Origin: a virus
Lineage: Duplodnaviria > Caudoviricetes
Reading direction: 5' to 3' (one strand)
DNA: 54,793 nucleotides
Virus record (IMG/VR): IMGVR_UViG_3300046373_000093
Location: 1 to 54,793 of that record
How positions within the stretch are numbered: the stretch's first letter is position 1; each line of letters starts with the position of its first letter. This document shows positions 1-8,046 of this stretch, in pieces. The translations under genes were made by a program, and so were the position numbers. Under the pieces are notes generated by a model that was not told the origin of the DNA, did not search any database, and was given only the letters and a program-made list of their open reading frames with translations.

Positions 1-53
1 CTCGCCCGCGCACCGCTGCCCGCTCAAGGTGGGGATGAGAAAGGCGGTGCAGC

Positions 54-395
54 ATGAGCAAGCGCACCTACCCGCTGGAAATCGAGAATATCGGCGTAGA
101 CATCTACACGCTGATGTCGCGCGGCCACCACGATCCTGAAGCCTTCATGCGCCAGGTGCGCGCCGATGGATACGAATGGCCGCTGGGCATGCCGAAGCAT
201 ATCTGGCTGCGTTGCATCCCGCCGCCTGACGGCTACGTGACCTGGTACGTCGAGGCGATGGAGGGCGCACGCGGCGCGTTCCCGGCTACCCAGTGCTGGG
301 AGTCGCAAGGCAGCGACACCTACGAAGCCATCATGGCCGCAAGAGCAGCCGCCCAAGGGTCGGCAACTCAACCCGCCACCAAGGAGACACCATGA
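54..395 (+). CDS. Phage hypothetical protein (pL arm)
   Basis: ORF in a chain of ATGA-overlapping genes. Confidence 0.7.
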   Translation: MSKRTYPLEIENIGVDIYTLMSRGHHDPEAFMRQVRADGYEWPLGMPKHIWLRCIPPPDGYVTWYVEAMEGARGAFPATQCWESQGSDTYEAIMAARAAAQGSATQPATKETP

Positions 396-661
396 CCGCA
401 CTGTCACGCCAAGACCGCACGCAAGTGCTCGTTGATGCGTTCTACGCGGCTCACGGCCCATGCTGCGCCGGGTGCGACTGGTGGCGTTGGTACAACTCAC
501 TGGTTGGCGAGTGCATACGTACCGAGCCAACAGCAGGAGCGCAACGCTTCGCAATGCTCGGCGCCACCAGCTACAGCATCGCGCCAGGCGCCGGCCACAT
601 CATGACGCCGCGCGAGCATGTTTGCGGCGAGTTTCAAGATCAACCTAGGGAGACACCATGA
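392..661 (+). CDS. Small Cys-rich protein (CCAGCDWW...C...C)
   Basis: AAGGAG RBS before ATG 392; ATGA overlaps at both ends. Confidence 0.7.
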   Translation: MTALSRQDRTQVLVDAFYAAHGPCCAGCDWWRWYNSLVGECIRTEPTAGAQRFAMLGATSYSIAPGAGHIMTPREHVCGEFQDQPRETP

Positions 662-906
662 GAATCTTAACCCTCATCCCTCTGACGAAACGCGCCAAGC
701 AAATCGTCAAGCAGCATGGGGAACGCTGGGAGGTGGTGCGCAGGGAGCAGCGCGTTCTACTTAGTGTTGCACCTGGTCCGTGGCTGTACGTCCAGCCATT
801 GACCGAAGAGCGCGCCCCAGCAAATGACGTGCGATCCGCCGGGGTTGATTCAGGCGCGCGCTGGGTGCATGAATTTAACGACGAAAATTTCAAGGTGGCA
901 CCATGA
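658..906 (+). CDS. Phage hypothetical protein
   Basis: GGGAG RBS; ATGA overlaps. Confidence 0.65.
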   Translation: MRILTLIPLTKRAKQIVKQHGERWEVVRREQRVLLSVAPGPWLYVQPLTEERAPANDVRSAGVDSGARWVHEFNDENFKVAP

Positions 907-1382
907 CCGTAGACATCGAAAAGCTGAAGGCGCTGGCACTGGCAGCAACGCCGGGACCGTGGGAGTGGTGGACTAGCAATAGCGTACTGCGCTTGACTGG
1001 CGCAGACGGCAAGGATGGCGGCGTGCTGTGTGGCTACGTGCACTCGGGCGACGGTGATGTGTACTGCTCCGATGCGAACCGCGCCTTCATCGCCACCGCC
1101 AACCCCGCCGCCGTGGCGGAACTGATAGCCGAAGTCGAGCGCCTTCGCTCTGCTCCCGCAGCGCAAGCACGGCAGCCAGCTGCGCCGGCCGATGATGCGC
1201 AGGATGCTAGCCGGCTGGCAGACGGTTACGAAAGCGGATTTTTTGCGAGTTCACCGCAGGACGGCGACGGCCAATTCACGCTGCATTACAAGACGGCGGC
1301 GCAGGCCGAGGCCGCCTATATGCTTGTGACGGGCATTATCGACGCCGCTATGTCTACCAGCAAACGGGAGGGCGACAAGTGA
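903..1382 (+). CDS. Ead/Ea22-like protein
   Basis: LKALALAATPGPW...DANRAFIATANPAAVAELIAEVERL signature. Confidence 0.75.
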   Translation: MTVDIEKLKALALAATPGPWEWWTSNSVLRLTGADGKDGGVLCGYVHSGDGDVYCSDANRAFIATANPAAVAELIAEVERLRSAPAAQARQPAAPADDAQDASRLADGYESGFFASSPQDGDGQFTLHYKTAAQAEAAYMLVTGIIDAAMSTSKREGDK

Positions 1383-1609
1383 GCATCATCATCGACAAAT
1401 ACGACGAGCATAACCCGCAGCTTCGCATCCGCTTCGGTGAGCGTGAGATGAGCTTCACCGTCAAAGATGTGGCTCCGGAGGCACGTGAATGGCTGGGTGA
1501 AGTGATTGAGAGTCAAGTCACGAAACTGATTGACCTGCGTGTATCGCAGGCTCTGGAGCAGCATAAAGCCGCGCTGCGCAGTCTCTTAGGAGTTTCAAAT
1601 GTCCGCTGA
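1379..1609 (+). CDS. Phage hypothetical protein
   Basis: GTG start overlapping upstream stop; GGAGG-like RBS. Confidence 0.65.
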   Translation: MSIIIDKYDEHNPQLRIRFGEREMSFTVKDVAPEAREWLGEVIESQVTKLIDLRVSQALEQHKAALRSLLGVSNVR

Positions 1610-2429
1610 ACTGAACATCGATGCTGAGCGCGCCGACCTCATCAACGACATCGAGGCGATCATTGATAGCACGATGATCTTCAGGCATAGCGCGGAAGGT
1701 AAAGCTGTTCTGTTGTTACTCGCCAAGTTGCGCGCCGCCCGCCGCACCCAGCCTGCCGTAGAAGGTGCGGAAGGACTGCCGCCGCTGCCGAAGCCTGAGT
1801 GCTTGCACGGCGATGGCGTGTATGGCTACACCGCCGCCCAGGTCGAGCAGATCAGGCGCGTCGCCATCGCAGCAGATCGCCAAGCGCGTGCTCAAGCGGG
1901 AACGGTGGAGAAGGATGCGTGGAGCCTGCTGCGTGAAGCTCTTGCGGCACTTGACACATGGAAGGATGTTGCCCCAGCGGTGAGTCTGCGAGCTGATATT
2001 CGGGCCGCTATCGAAGCGCACACCAAAGCCGGTAAGGTGCAGGAGGAGCAGTCAGCAGGGGCGCAGGGCGAATGCACACAGTCGATGCTGGAAGCTGCGA
2101 TGAGGGCGGCAGTGACCAGTGGGGTGCTTCCGAAACAGGCCGACGAGGAGCGCTACCTCCGCAACTGGAACGGTATGCGGGCATCGATCAATGCCGCGCT
2201 CGCCGCCGCCCCAGCTCCGGATAATGCCGCGCAGAAGGGCGAGGACACCAAGCACATCGAGAGTGAAGCCGTCAGCGCCATGCTGTGGCTGTATCGCCGC
2301 CTGCACCGCTGCTATGGCCGACCACCGAATGTCGAGAGGCCGATTGTCGCACTGGCCAAGCTCGCTGGATACGAGATGAAATTCATTTCGGAATCATTCG
2401 CTGAGCGCGGCGACAAGGAGGGTATATGA
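1599..2429 (+). CDS. Phage hypothetical protein (mosaic early protein)
   Basis: AGGAG RBS; 276-aa ORF in operon. Confidence 0.7.
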   Translation: MSAELNIDAERADLINDIEAIIDSTMIFRHSAEGKAVLLLLAKLRAARRTQPAVEGAEGLPPLPKPECLHGDGVYGYTAAQVEQIRRVAIAADRQARAQAGTVEKDAWSLLREALAALDTWKDVAPAVSLRADIRAAIEAHTKAGKVQEEQSAGAQGECTQSMLEAAMRAAVTSGVLPKQADEERYLRNWNGMRASINAALAAAPAPDNAAQKGEDTKHIESEAVSAMLWLYRRLHRCYGRPPNVERPIVALAKLAGYEMKFISESFAERGDKEGI

Positions 2430-2539
2430 CTCACCCGTACCTGAACCCCTACTTCGCCTGGCTGTTGATGGTCAGCTTCTGGATCGGCGCGCCGCAACCC
2501 GCCACACCGGCGCCATCGAAAGAAAAAGGCAACTCATGA
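2426..2539 (+). CDS. 37-aa hydrophobic peptide
   Basis: AAGGAGG RBS; fills the gap with ATGA overlaps at both ends. Confidence 0.5.
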   Translation: MTHPYLNPYFAWLLMVSFWIGAPQPATPAPSKEKGNS

Positions 2540-2757
2540 GATTCCATCGCGCAGCGAAGTTTTCCGGCGCCCGGGGCGGTAAAGGCTGGTACGTGTCCTT
2601 CATCACGAGCAGCGGTTTTTTGCTGATCGCTTTCCGCCCGGGGTGCTGGCGTTTCGCCACCCTCAAGCTTCAGGCGCGACCCGGCGTCACCCGCCGCTAC
2701 CTTGGGCCGTTGGAAATCGAAACGCACAAGATTTTTATCCAGCAGGAGAGCGAATGA
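2536..2757 (+). CDS. Phage hypothetical protein
   Basis: ATGA-coupled ORF. Confidence 0.55.
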   Translation: MRFHRAAKFSGARGGKGWYVSFITSSGFLLIAFRPGCWRFATLKLQARPGVTRRYLGPLEIETHKIFIQQESE

Positions 2758-2951
2758 TCGAGCGAAAACAAGACCGCCGCCAGGCGCCCGCCCTGCCGAT
2801 GGCCGTCGAGCAGCGCCGCCCCTTTGACCGCCGCGGCCGGCACGAGCGCGCAGATGTCGTGCCCGCTTTACCGGGGACGGTCCGGCCAGGGTATGGAGAG
2901 GTCCCGCCGCCGCGCGAGCGCCGGCAGCGGCCGGAATCAGGAATGGAATAG
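2754..2951 (+). CDS. Small Arg-rich protein with DRR/ERR repeats
   Basis: AGGAG RBS; MIERKQDRRQ...EQRR.FDRR...ERRQR. Confidence 0.6.
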   Translation: MIERKQDRRQAPALPMAVEQRRPFDRRGRHERADVVPALPGTVRPGYGEVPPPRERRQRPESGME

Positions 2952-2960
2952 GAGAGTTTG

Positions 2961-3164
2961 ATGACGAGCACGTTTCTCGACCACAACGAAATCAAGGACC
3001 TGACCGGACGGCCGCAAAAATCGAGGCAGATCGCCGCGCTGCGTAAAATGTGCATACCCTTCTTCGTGAACGATGTCGGCAAGCCAGTTGTTGCCAGATC
3101 GGCCGTCGAGGGGAAGAAGGGGGCCGCGCCGCCGCGCGTGAAGAAGTGGGAGCCGAAGGATTGA
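2961..3164 (+). CDS. Putative excisionase (DUF4224-like)
   Basis: FLDHNEIKDLTGR...QIAALRKM.IPF....GKPVV motif; directly upstream of integrase. Confidence 0.8.
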   Translation: MTSTFLDHNEIKDLTGRPQKSRQIAALRKMCIPFFVNDVGKPVVARSAVEGKKGAAPPRVKKWEPKD

Positions 3165-3167
3165 TCG

Positions 3168-4196
3168 ATGGGCCGGAAGCCAACGAAGCACGAAAATCTG
3201 CCGCCGCACATGCGCAAGCGCACGCGGAAATACGGGACGTATTACTATCTGGACACTGGCAAGACGCCCCGAAAGGAGATCCCGCTCGGGAGCGATTACA
3301 TCCTGGCCTTGAAAAAGTATGCCGAGCTCCACGAGATCGGACCAACCGCCGGCGCCACTTTCGGTGACCTCATCACCAAGTATGAGGCTGAGGCACTACC
3401 GAACCTGAAGCCGAACACGATCCGCGTCCAGAAGTCGGACATCAAGCACCTCCGCGAATATTTTAACGACGCGCCGCTGGATCAGATCGAGCCCGCATAC
3501 CTGGAGCGGTTCAAGCGCAAGCACAAGGACAAGCCCACCACGGCAAACCGGTGCCTGCGCTTGATCTCGACCATGTGGAACCTGGCGCGCAGCTGGGGCT
3601 ATACCAGCCTGCCAAATCCGCGCGCCGGCGTGAAGGGGCACAAGCTGCAGAGGCGCACCGTCTACATCACTGACGAGGTGTTCAATGCGGTCCATGGCCA
3701 GGGAAGCGCCCTACTGAAGGACGCTCTCGACCTGGCATACCTGACGGGTCAGCGGCCCGGGGACGCCTTGAGCATGAGCGAGCACGACATCATCGACGGG
3801 CATCTCGTCATCAAGGCCCAGGACAAGACTGGCAAGCCGCTCAGGATCCAGATCGTCGGTAAGCTCGCGGAAGTCATCGAGCGCATTCGCGCCCGGAAGA
3901 AGGGACTGAAGGTGGTGTCGACGGCACTGCTTGTGAATCTTCACGGCAAGAAACTGACGCCGGCCGTGCTGCGCAACCATTTCGAGGATGCGCGCGCCGC
4001 GGCTGCCAAGGCCAACCCGGAGCTTGCCGACCAGATCAAGGCAATGTGGTTCTACGACCTGCGCGCGAAGGCTGCCGACGACACCTCGGACGAGCGCGGC
4101 GACCAAGCGGCGAGCGACCTGCTGGGACACGAAACCGTTACTACGACGAAACGCCACTACCTGCGCCGTGGCAAAGTTGTCGCGCCGGTAAAGTGA
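3168..4196 (+). CDS. int: Tyrosine integrase
   Basis: Catalytic motifs TGQRPGD, QDKTG, FYDLRAK, LLGH, KRHY; adjacent to attP. Confidence 0.96.
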   Translation: MGRKPTKHENLPPHMRKRTRKYGTYYYLDTGKTPRKEIPLGSDYILALKKYAELHEIGPTAGATFGDLITKYEAEALPNLKPNTIRVQKSDIKHLREYFNDAPLDQIEPAYLERFKRKHKDKPTTANRCLRLISTMWNLARSWGYTSLPNPRAGVKGHKLQRRTVYITDEVFNAVHGQGSALLKDALDLAYLTGQRPGDALSMSEHDIIDGHLVIKAQDKTGKPLRIQIVGKLAEVIERIRARKKGLKVVSTALLVNLHGKKLTPAVLRNHFEDARAAAAKANPELADQIKAMWFYDLRAKAADDTSDERGDQAASDLLGHETVTTTKRHYLRRGKVVAPVK

Positions 4197-4252
4197 ATTT
4201 TGCGGAACTACGCCCGAATTTGCGGAACTACGGCAGCTGTTGAGAACTACGC

Positions 4253-4265
4253 CAAGCGCTTGATT
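4253..4265 (-). promoter_or_regulatory. IHF binding site in attP
   Basis: AATCAAGCGCTTG matches WATCAANNNNTTR. Confidence 0.7.
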
Positions 4266-4269
4266 TTAT

Positions 4270-4320
4270 TGGCCTGCCCAGCTGGGTTCGAACCAGCGAC
4301 CCTCAGCTTAGAAGGCTGAT
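4270..4320 (-). other. attP core: 3' half of tRNA-Arg(UCU)
   Basis: Minus strand TCAGC-CTTCTAA-GCTGA anticodon arm, GCTGG-TTCGAAC-CCAGC T arm, ends GCCA; no D arm or 5' acceptor strand. Confidence 0.93.
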
Positions 4321-4431
4321 TAAAGAATGGCTTAACCATGCGGGTTTCAAGCCGTTTTTAGTTCCGCAAAAGTGACTTTATCCACAGTCCTTTTGCCCCG
4401 GAATGCAGGATTCTTAAAGCGTTTTGCGGAA

Positions 4432-4743
4432 CTAAAAATGCCCGTCCGGCGGCCCGTATCCGATGATCTTTACCGACCACTCCTGCTCATACCCTACCCC
4501 GGCCTTGTCGCGCTCGATGCCCCGAAAGCGCATCATGTCGACGTGCATGGCGACGAGCTGGGCATACTCCAGCGCTGGGATGACCGGCCTCATGTGCTCG
4601 TCGTCCGGCTCGATCAGGATTGCGGTCGCGACGGTGCCGGCCATGGAAAAGCGCAGCTCACCCTCGAAGCCATCATCAGCGGCGATCTCTTGGGCCGTCC
4701 GCGGCGCGCCATTCTCGCGTAGGCATTTAACTATGCTGTACAT
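4432..4743 (-). CDS. Small SOS-regulated hypothetical protein
   Basis: 103-aa ORF whose start codon lies inside a LexA box. Confidence 0.75.
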   Translation of the reverse strand: MYSIVKCLRENGAPRTAQEIAADDGFEGELRFSMAGTVATAILIEPDDEHMRPVIPALEYAQLVAMHVDMMRFRGIERDKAGVGYEQEWSVKIIGYGPPDGHF

Positions 4744-4751
4744 TTATACAG
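4736..4751. promoter_or_regulatory. LexA (SOS) box
   Basis: CTGT-ACATTTAT-ACAG, matching CTGT-N8-ACAG. Confidence 0.85.
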
Positions 4752-4855
4752 TATAGCATTTGCCCTTGCGCCTGCCCTTCGGCACCGTTGACGCCTGCCA
4801 AGTTTCAGTAAACACAACTCTGCGACGATCTTCCTATTGAACGATAGGAGAATCC

Positions 4856-5206
4856 ATGCAGCGACTTCTAGCCCTGCTCCTTGCCCTGCCGCTGGCGGCG
4901 ACCGCGGCGCCATACCCCTACACCATGAGCGGCGATCGGTTCGTCAAGATGATGAGCCCGCCTGACCCGACAGGCCAGGAATACCTCGACCGGGAAAAGG
5001 CCTACAGCTACCTCGACGGCGTGCGCGACAGCGCTGAGGGGCGCGTGTGGTGTGACGTCGACCAACTCAAGACGCCTGACCTGGCGTACGAGCTGGCGGA
5101 CGACATTGCCAAGCTGCCGGCGGTCGAGCGAAAGAAAAACGCATCCCTACTGCTGCTTGAGCAATTGAAGCGCCACTATCCGTGCCGGAATGGGAGCAAG
5201 AGATGA
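4856..5206 (+). CDS. Rap1a/Tai-family T6SS amidase immunity protein
   Basis: Signal peptide; YLDGVRD...WC...LL..L...YPC pattern with two Cys; ATGA-coupled to the amidase. Confidence 0.8.
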   Translation: MQRLLALLLALPLAATAAPYPYTMSGDRFVKMMSPPDPTGQEYLDREKAYSYLDGVRDSAEGRVWCDVDQLKTPDLAYELADDIAKLPAVERKKNASLLLLEQLKRHYPCRNGSKR

Positions 5207-5664
5207 AGCCCTTCTTCGATATGGTCTGGCGAAATTATCCGCGCTCGGAGAAGCGTGAGCCGTTATTTGATGAGATCGGCTGGTCGGACATCAAGAACAA
5301 CGAGTCCTACAAAGACACCTGCGCAATCCGCATGAGCATAGCGTTGACGCGCGCCGGCGTGCCGCTGCCAGGCGCGAGCATGCGTGCGAAGGCTGGAACA
5401 ATCAGGGACGGTCGGATCGAGCCGCGCCAGCGTAAGCTATCGGACATCCTGAAGCAGATGTGGGGCAAGCCGGAGGTCTACGGCAGCGAGCGCGAAGCGC
5501 GCGACGGAATTGGCCACCGCAAGGGCGTGGTGTCGTTCTTCAGGATCGACGGCGGGCCTGGCGGGCACATCGATCTGGTGCACCCAGGCCCCAACGGATT
5601 TGTCGAGTGCGCGCGCAGTTGCTTCTTCTCGTCCGTGACGATCTGGTTCTGGCCGCTGGAATAA
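5203..5664 (+). CDS. Tae4-family T6SS peptidoglycan amidase effector
   Basis: Catalytic DTCAIRMSIAL and GHIDL motifs; C-terminal C...C.F....I.FW.L. Confidence 0.85.
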   Translation: MKPFFDMVWRNYPRSEKREPLFDEIGWSDIKNNESYKDTCAIRMSIALTRAGVPLPGASMRAKAGTIRDGRIEPRQRKLSDILKQMWGKPEVYGSEREARDGIGHRKGVVSFFRIDGGPGGHIDLVHPGPNGFVECARSCFFSSVTIWFWPLE

Positions 5665-5668
5665 CGCC

Positions 5669-5857
5669 ATGAAGCCGCGCACAGACCTCATCACAGCCAG
5701 CCGGGTCGACCTGACGCTGGCGCTACTCCCGCTGATCGGGTGGTGGGAGGCGTCATGGACGCTGGCGGCGAACGGCGTGCCGCTCGACGTCGCGGTGCGG
5801 GTGATGGTCGTGCCGGGCGCGCGGCGCACTATGTCGCTACCAGCATCTCCGGGGTGA
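5669..5857 (+). CDS. Small hypothetical protein
   Basis: 62-aa ORF right after the amidase. Confidence 0.55.
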   Translation: MKPRTDLITASRVDLTLALLPLIGWWEASWTLAANGVPLDVAVRVMVVPGARRTMSLPASPG

Positions 5858-5897
5858 CGGTATTGCGGCAAGCTCGCTCGAAGCCGGCGTGACGGTG

Positions 5898-7202
5898 TTA
5901 CCCAGGCCTGCGTTCGCTCTCTGCGCGCTCATAGAACCGGCCGCCGACGATTGCATGCCCAAATGTCGTGTCGATATACTCAAACTGCGTATGCTTCTTG
6001 TGGGTGTCGACGTGGCACAGCAGGAAGCCCTGCGACCACTTCTCACCGGCGCAGTAGGATGCGCGCGGCATGTGGCCGCAGCCAAGCTGGTGCCATTCGA
6101 ACGAGCCAAAAACCGGGCTGTAGTCATTCCAGACGATGTGCTTGTGGTGATGCCCGTTCGCGCCAGGGTACCCAAAATTCCTGCCCTCGGGGAAGTGGTT
6201 GAACAGTATTGCATCCCACAGGATCACGTAGTTCTTGCTCAACTCCTTCTTGACGTCGGCTTCGTTGAACGCGGCGAGATCCATCCGGGCGACGTAGTTC
6301 AGTTCAAACTCATCCAGCCCGAGCAGGCTGGGGACCGTCATCCCATGCAAGTCAGCCAAGACCGTCATCAGCGCAGGTGTTGCCTCGGTCAGGTGGCGAA
6401 GCAGCCGGAATTCGTGATTCCCCTCTACGAAGATGATTTCCGCCTCGGGGCAGGCTTGGCGCAAATCGCGCAGTAGCGCATGCACCCACTTGATGCGCGC
6501 CACCGGGTTGAAGGTGCGCGGGTCGGTTGCGTACTTCCCGAACTCAGCCAGATCGAAAATATCACCGTTCAGCACGATCTTCTCGGGCTGCACGCGGTGC
6601 GCGGTGTCGATCAGTAGGCGTCGATAGAACGGATCGCAGGCCATGTCATGAATATCCGAGCACACGAGGGCGGACTGGAAGCGCTTGCTGGATGGGCGAA
6701 GGTAGGCGCCCTCCCATCCGCGCTTGGCTTCGTTCATGCTGCGCTGGCGATCCTTGCTGGCGTGGAGCGCGATGTTTTTCTCGAGTCGATGCGCGTGGCG
6801 CGACAGGATGATGCCGGCCTGCCGCTTGAACTCTTCGAATGTACCGAAATGCCGGTTCCAGGTCGATTCGCTGATGCGCGACTCGTTGCGGAAGTAGTTG
6901 CGGCTGATGACCTTGGTGGTGTCGATCTCTGCAATCCGCCGCAGCTCCGCAATGCACATCTCGGGCGTCCAGTCGGCGTGGAACTTTTCCGTGGACTCCG
7001 ACAGAGGAACGACTGCTGATTGTCTTGCGGCGGCCTGGCGCACGCGCTCCACGGTGCCCTGAACCGCATTCTTGCTCTTCAGTCCGAGCGCATCAGCTGC
7101 CTTGCGGTAGCTGCCGTGTTCGATGTAGGCGTTGACGTGCTGTCTTTGAACGTCCGTGGTCGCGAACTCGATCAGCTTCGGGTCGATGGTTGTTTTGCTC
7201 AT
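5898..7202 (-). CDS. Calcineurin-like metallophosphoesterase with N-terminal HTH/helical repeat
   Basis: SDIH, GDIFD, GNHE, GHHH motifs; N-terminal SYRKAADALGL HTH-like segment. Confidence 0.85.
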   Translation of the reverse strand: MSKTTIDPKLIEFATTDVQRQHVNAYIEHGSYRKAADALGLKSKNAVQGTVERVRQAAARQSAVVPLSESTEKFHADWTPEMCIAELRRIAEIDTTKVISRNYFRNESRISESTWNRHFGTFEEFKRQAGIILSRHAHRLEKNIALHASKDRQRSMNEAKRGWEGAYLRPSSKRFQSALVCSDIHDMACDPFYRRLLIDTAHRVQPEKIVLNGDIFDLAEFGKYATDPRTFNPVARIKWVHALLRDLRQACPEAEIIFVEGNHEFRLLRHLTEATPALMTVLADLHGMTVPSLLGLDEFELNYVARMDLAAFNEADVKKELSKNYVILWDAILFNHFPEGRNFGYPGANGHHHKHIVWNDYSPVFGSFEWHQLGCGHMPRASYCAGEKWSQGFLLCHVDTHKKHTQFEYIDTTFGHAIVGGRFYERAESERRPG

Positions 7203-7702
7203 TTACTCTCCGGCGGATTGCTCGGCCAGGCCTCGATCAGGGTTCGTTTTTCGCTGTTGAGGCGCTCAGCTTCTGCTGCCACTTCGTTGCGTCTTCCTGC
7301 GCACTCTGCAAGAAGCTGCCCGTAGGTACCGGTGAGCGCACGTAGGGCATCGGCGGAATAGTCGGGCACTGCGCGGTCAATCTTGGCGACGGCGTCGCGC
7401 AGGCCGCCAGCAGCAGCGGCAGAAGTAGTGGCAAGGCTGCGGATGGTCTCTTCACGTTTTGCTCCCTCGGTTACTGCGGTGTCGCGCGCACTTCGCCAGG
7501 CGTCGGTGATAGCTACAGCCGCTTCCTTGTCCTTTGCGATCTGGCGATCCCATTCGGCACGGACCTCAGCCCGGCCGGCCTCGCGCGCATGCTCGAGCAC
7601 CAGGTGCACGCCGTACGCGCCGGCACCCGCCAGCGCGCCGAATATTAGGATTTCGGCGACCAGCTTGTACCGCGCCAGCTTGGCGAGAATGGCGGCGATC
7701 AT
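7199..7702 (-). CDS. Rz-like inner-membrane spanin
   Basis: N-terminal TM helix plus Ala-rich coiled coil; contains an embedded lipoprotein gene. Confidence 0.8.
   Translation of the reverse strand: MIAAILAKLARYKLVAEILIFGALAGAGAYGVHLVLEHAREAGRAEVRAEWDRQIAKDKEAAVAITDAWRSARDTAVTEGAKREETIRSLATTSAAAAGGLRDAVAKIDRAVPDYSADALRALTGTYGQLLAECAGRRNEVAAEAERLNSEKRTLIEAWPSNPPESK
7237..7455 (-). CDS. Rz1-like outer-membrane spanin lipoprotein (embedded)
   Basis: Lipobox LLAAC, Pro-rich, fully embedded in another frame of the Rz-like gene. Confidence 0.8.
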   Translation of the reverse strand: MKRPSAALPLLLPLLLAACATPSPRLTAQCPTIPPMPYVRSPVPTGSFLQSAQEDATKWQQKLSASTAKNEP

Positions 7703-8046
7703 GCCCCACCCCAATCTGGCAGGTCCACCGTCTGGCCTGCGAGCGCGTGCGAGCAATCGCCCAGGAACTGAATCCGGCCATCGGTCACAAACGAGTGGCA
7801 AGTGTGGTCGACCTGCTTTTGCTCCCAAGGCGCGCGACGCCACTCCGTCCAGTTGTCTGCGGTGACTGGCGGTACCCATTGCGGGGCTATTACCAAGATC
7901 GACGGCGAGAAGGTCGGACGCGCAGCATCGCCGTTGAATGACCACACAGGGCCCGGAATGTCGCTCGCGCGTACCGTGATAGCATGGTCCTCCCCGCACC
8001 CGGGGCAATGAAACATCACCATTTCGTCCAGGAGTCGGAGTTTCAT
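7699..8046 (-). CDS. DUF6527-like Cys/His protein
   Basis: FHCPGCG..H...WSFNGD..RPTFSPSI...CHSFVTDGRIQF..DC.H; ATGA-coupled in the lysis cassette. Confidence 0.75.
   Translation of the reverse strand: MKLRLLDEMVMFHCPGCGEDHAITVRASDIPGPVWSFNGDAARPTFSPSILVIAPQWVPPVTADNWTEWRRAPWEQKQVDHTCHSFVTDGRIQFLGDCSHALAGQTVDLPDWGGA

Larger units (their letters stand above)
4198..4434. repeat. attP arm-type integrase sites (TTTGCGGAACTA)
   Basis: Copies at 4199-4210 and 4219-4230, degenerate at 4240-4251, inverted at 4359-4371, direct at 4422-4434; they flank the tRNA core on both sides. Confidence 0.85.

Noticed and set aside
4198-4251. CRISPR-like or iteron repeat array
   Set aside because: Repeats are ~12-14 bp with 20-bp period and flank the att core, which fits integrase arm sites; no cas genes.
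4270-4320. Functional tRNA-Arg gene
   Set aside because: Only the anticodon arm to CCA is present; it is the att core.
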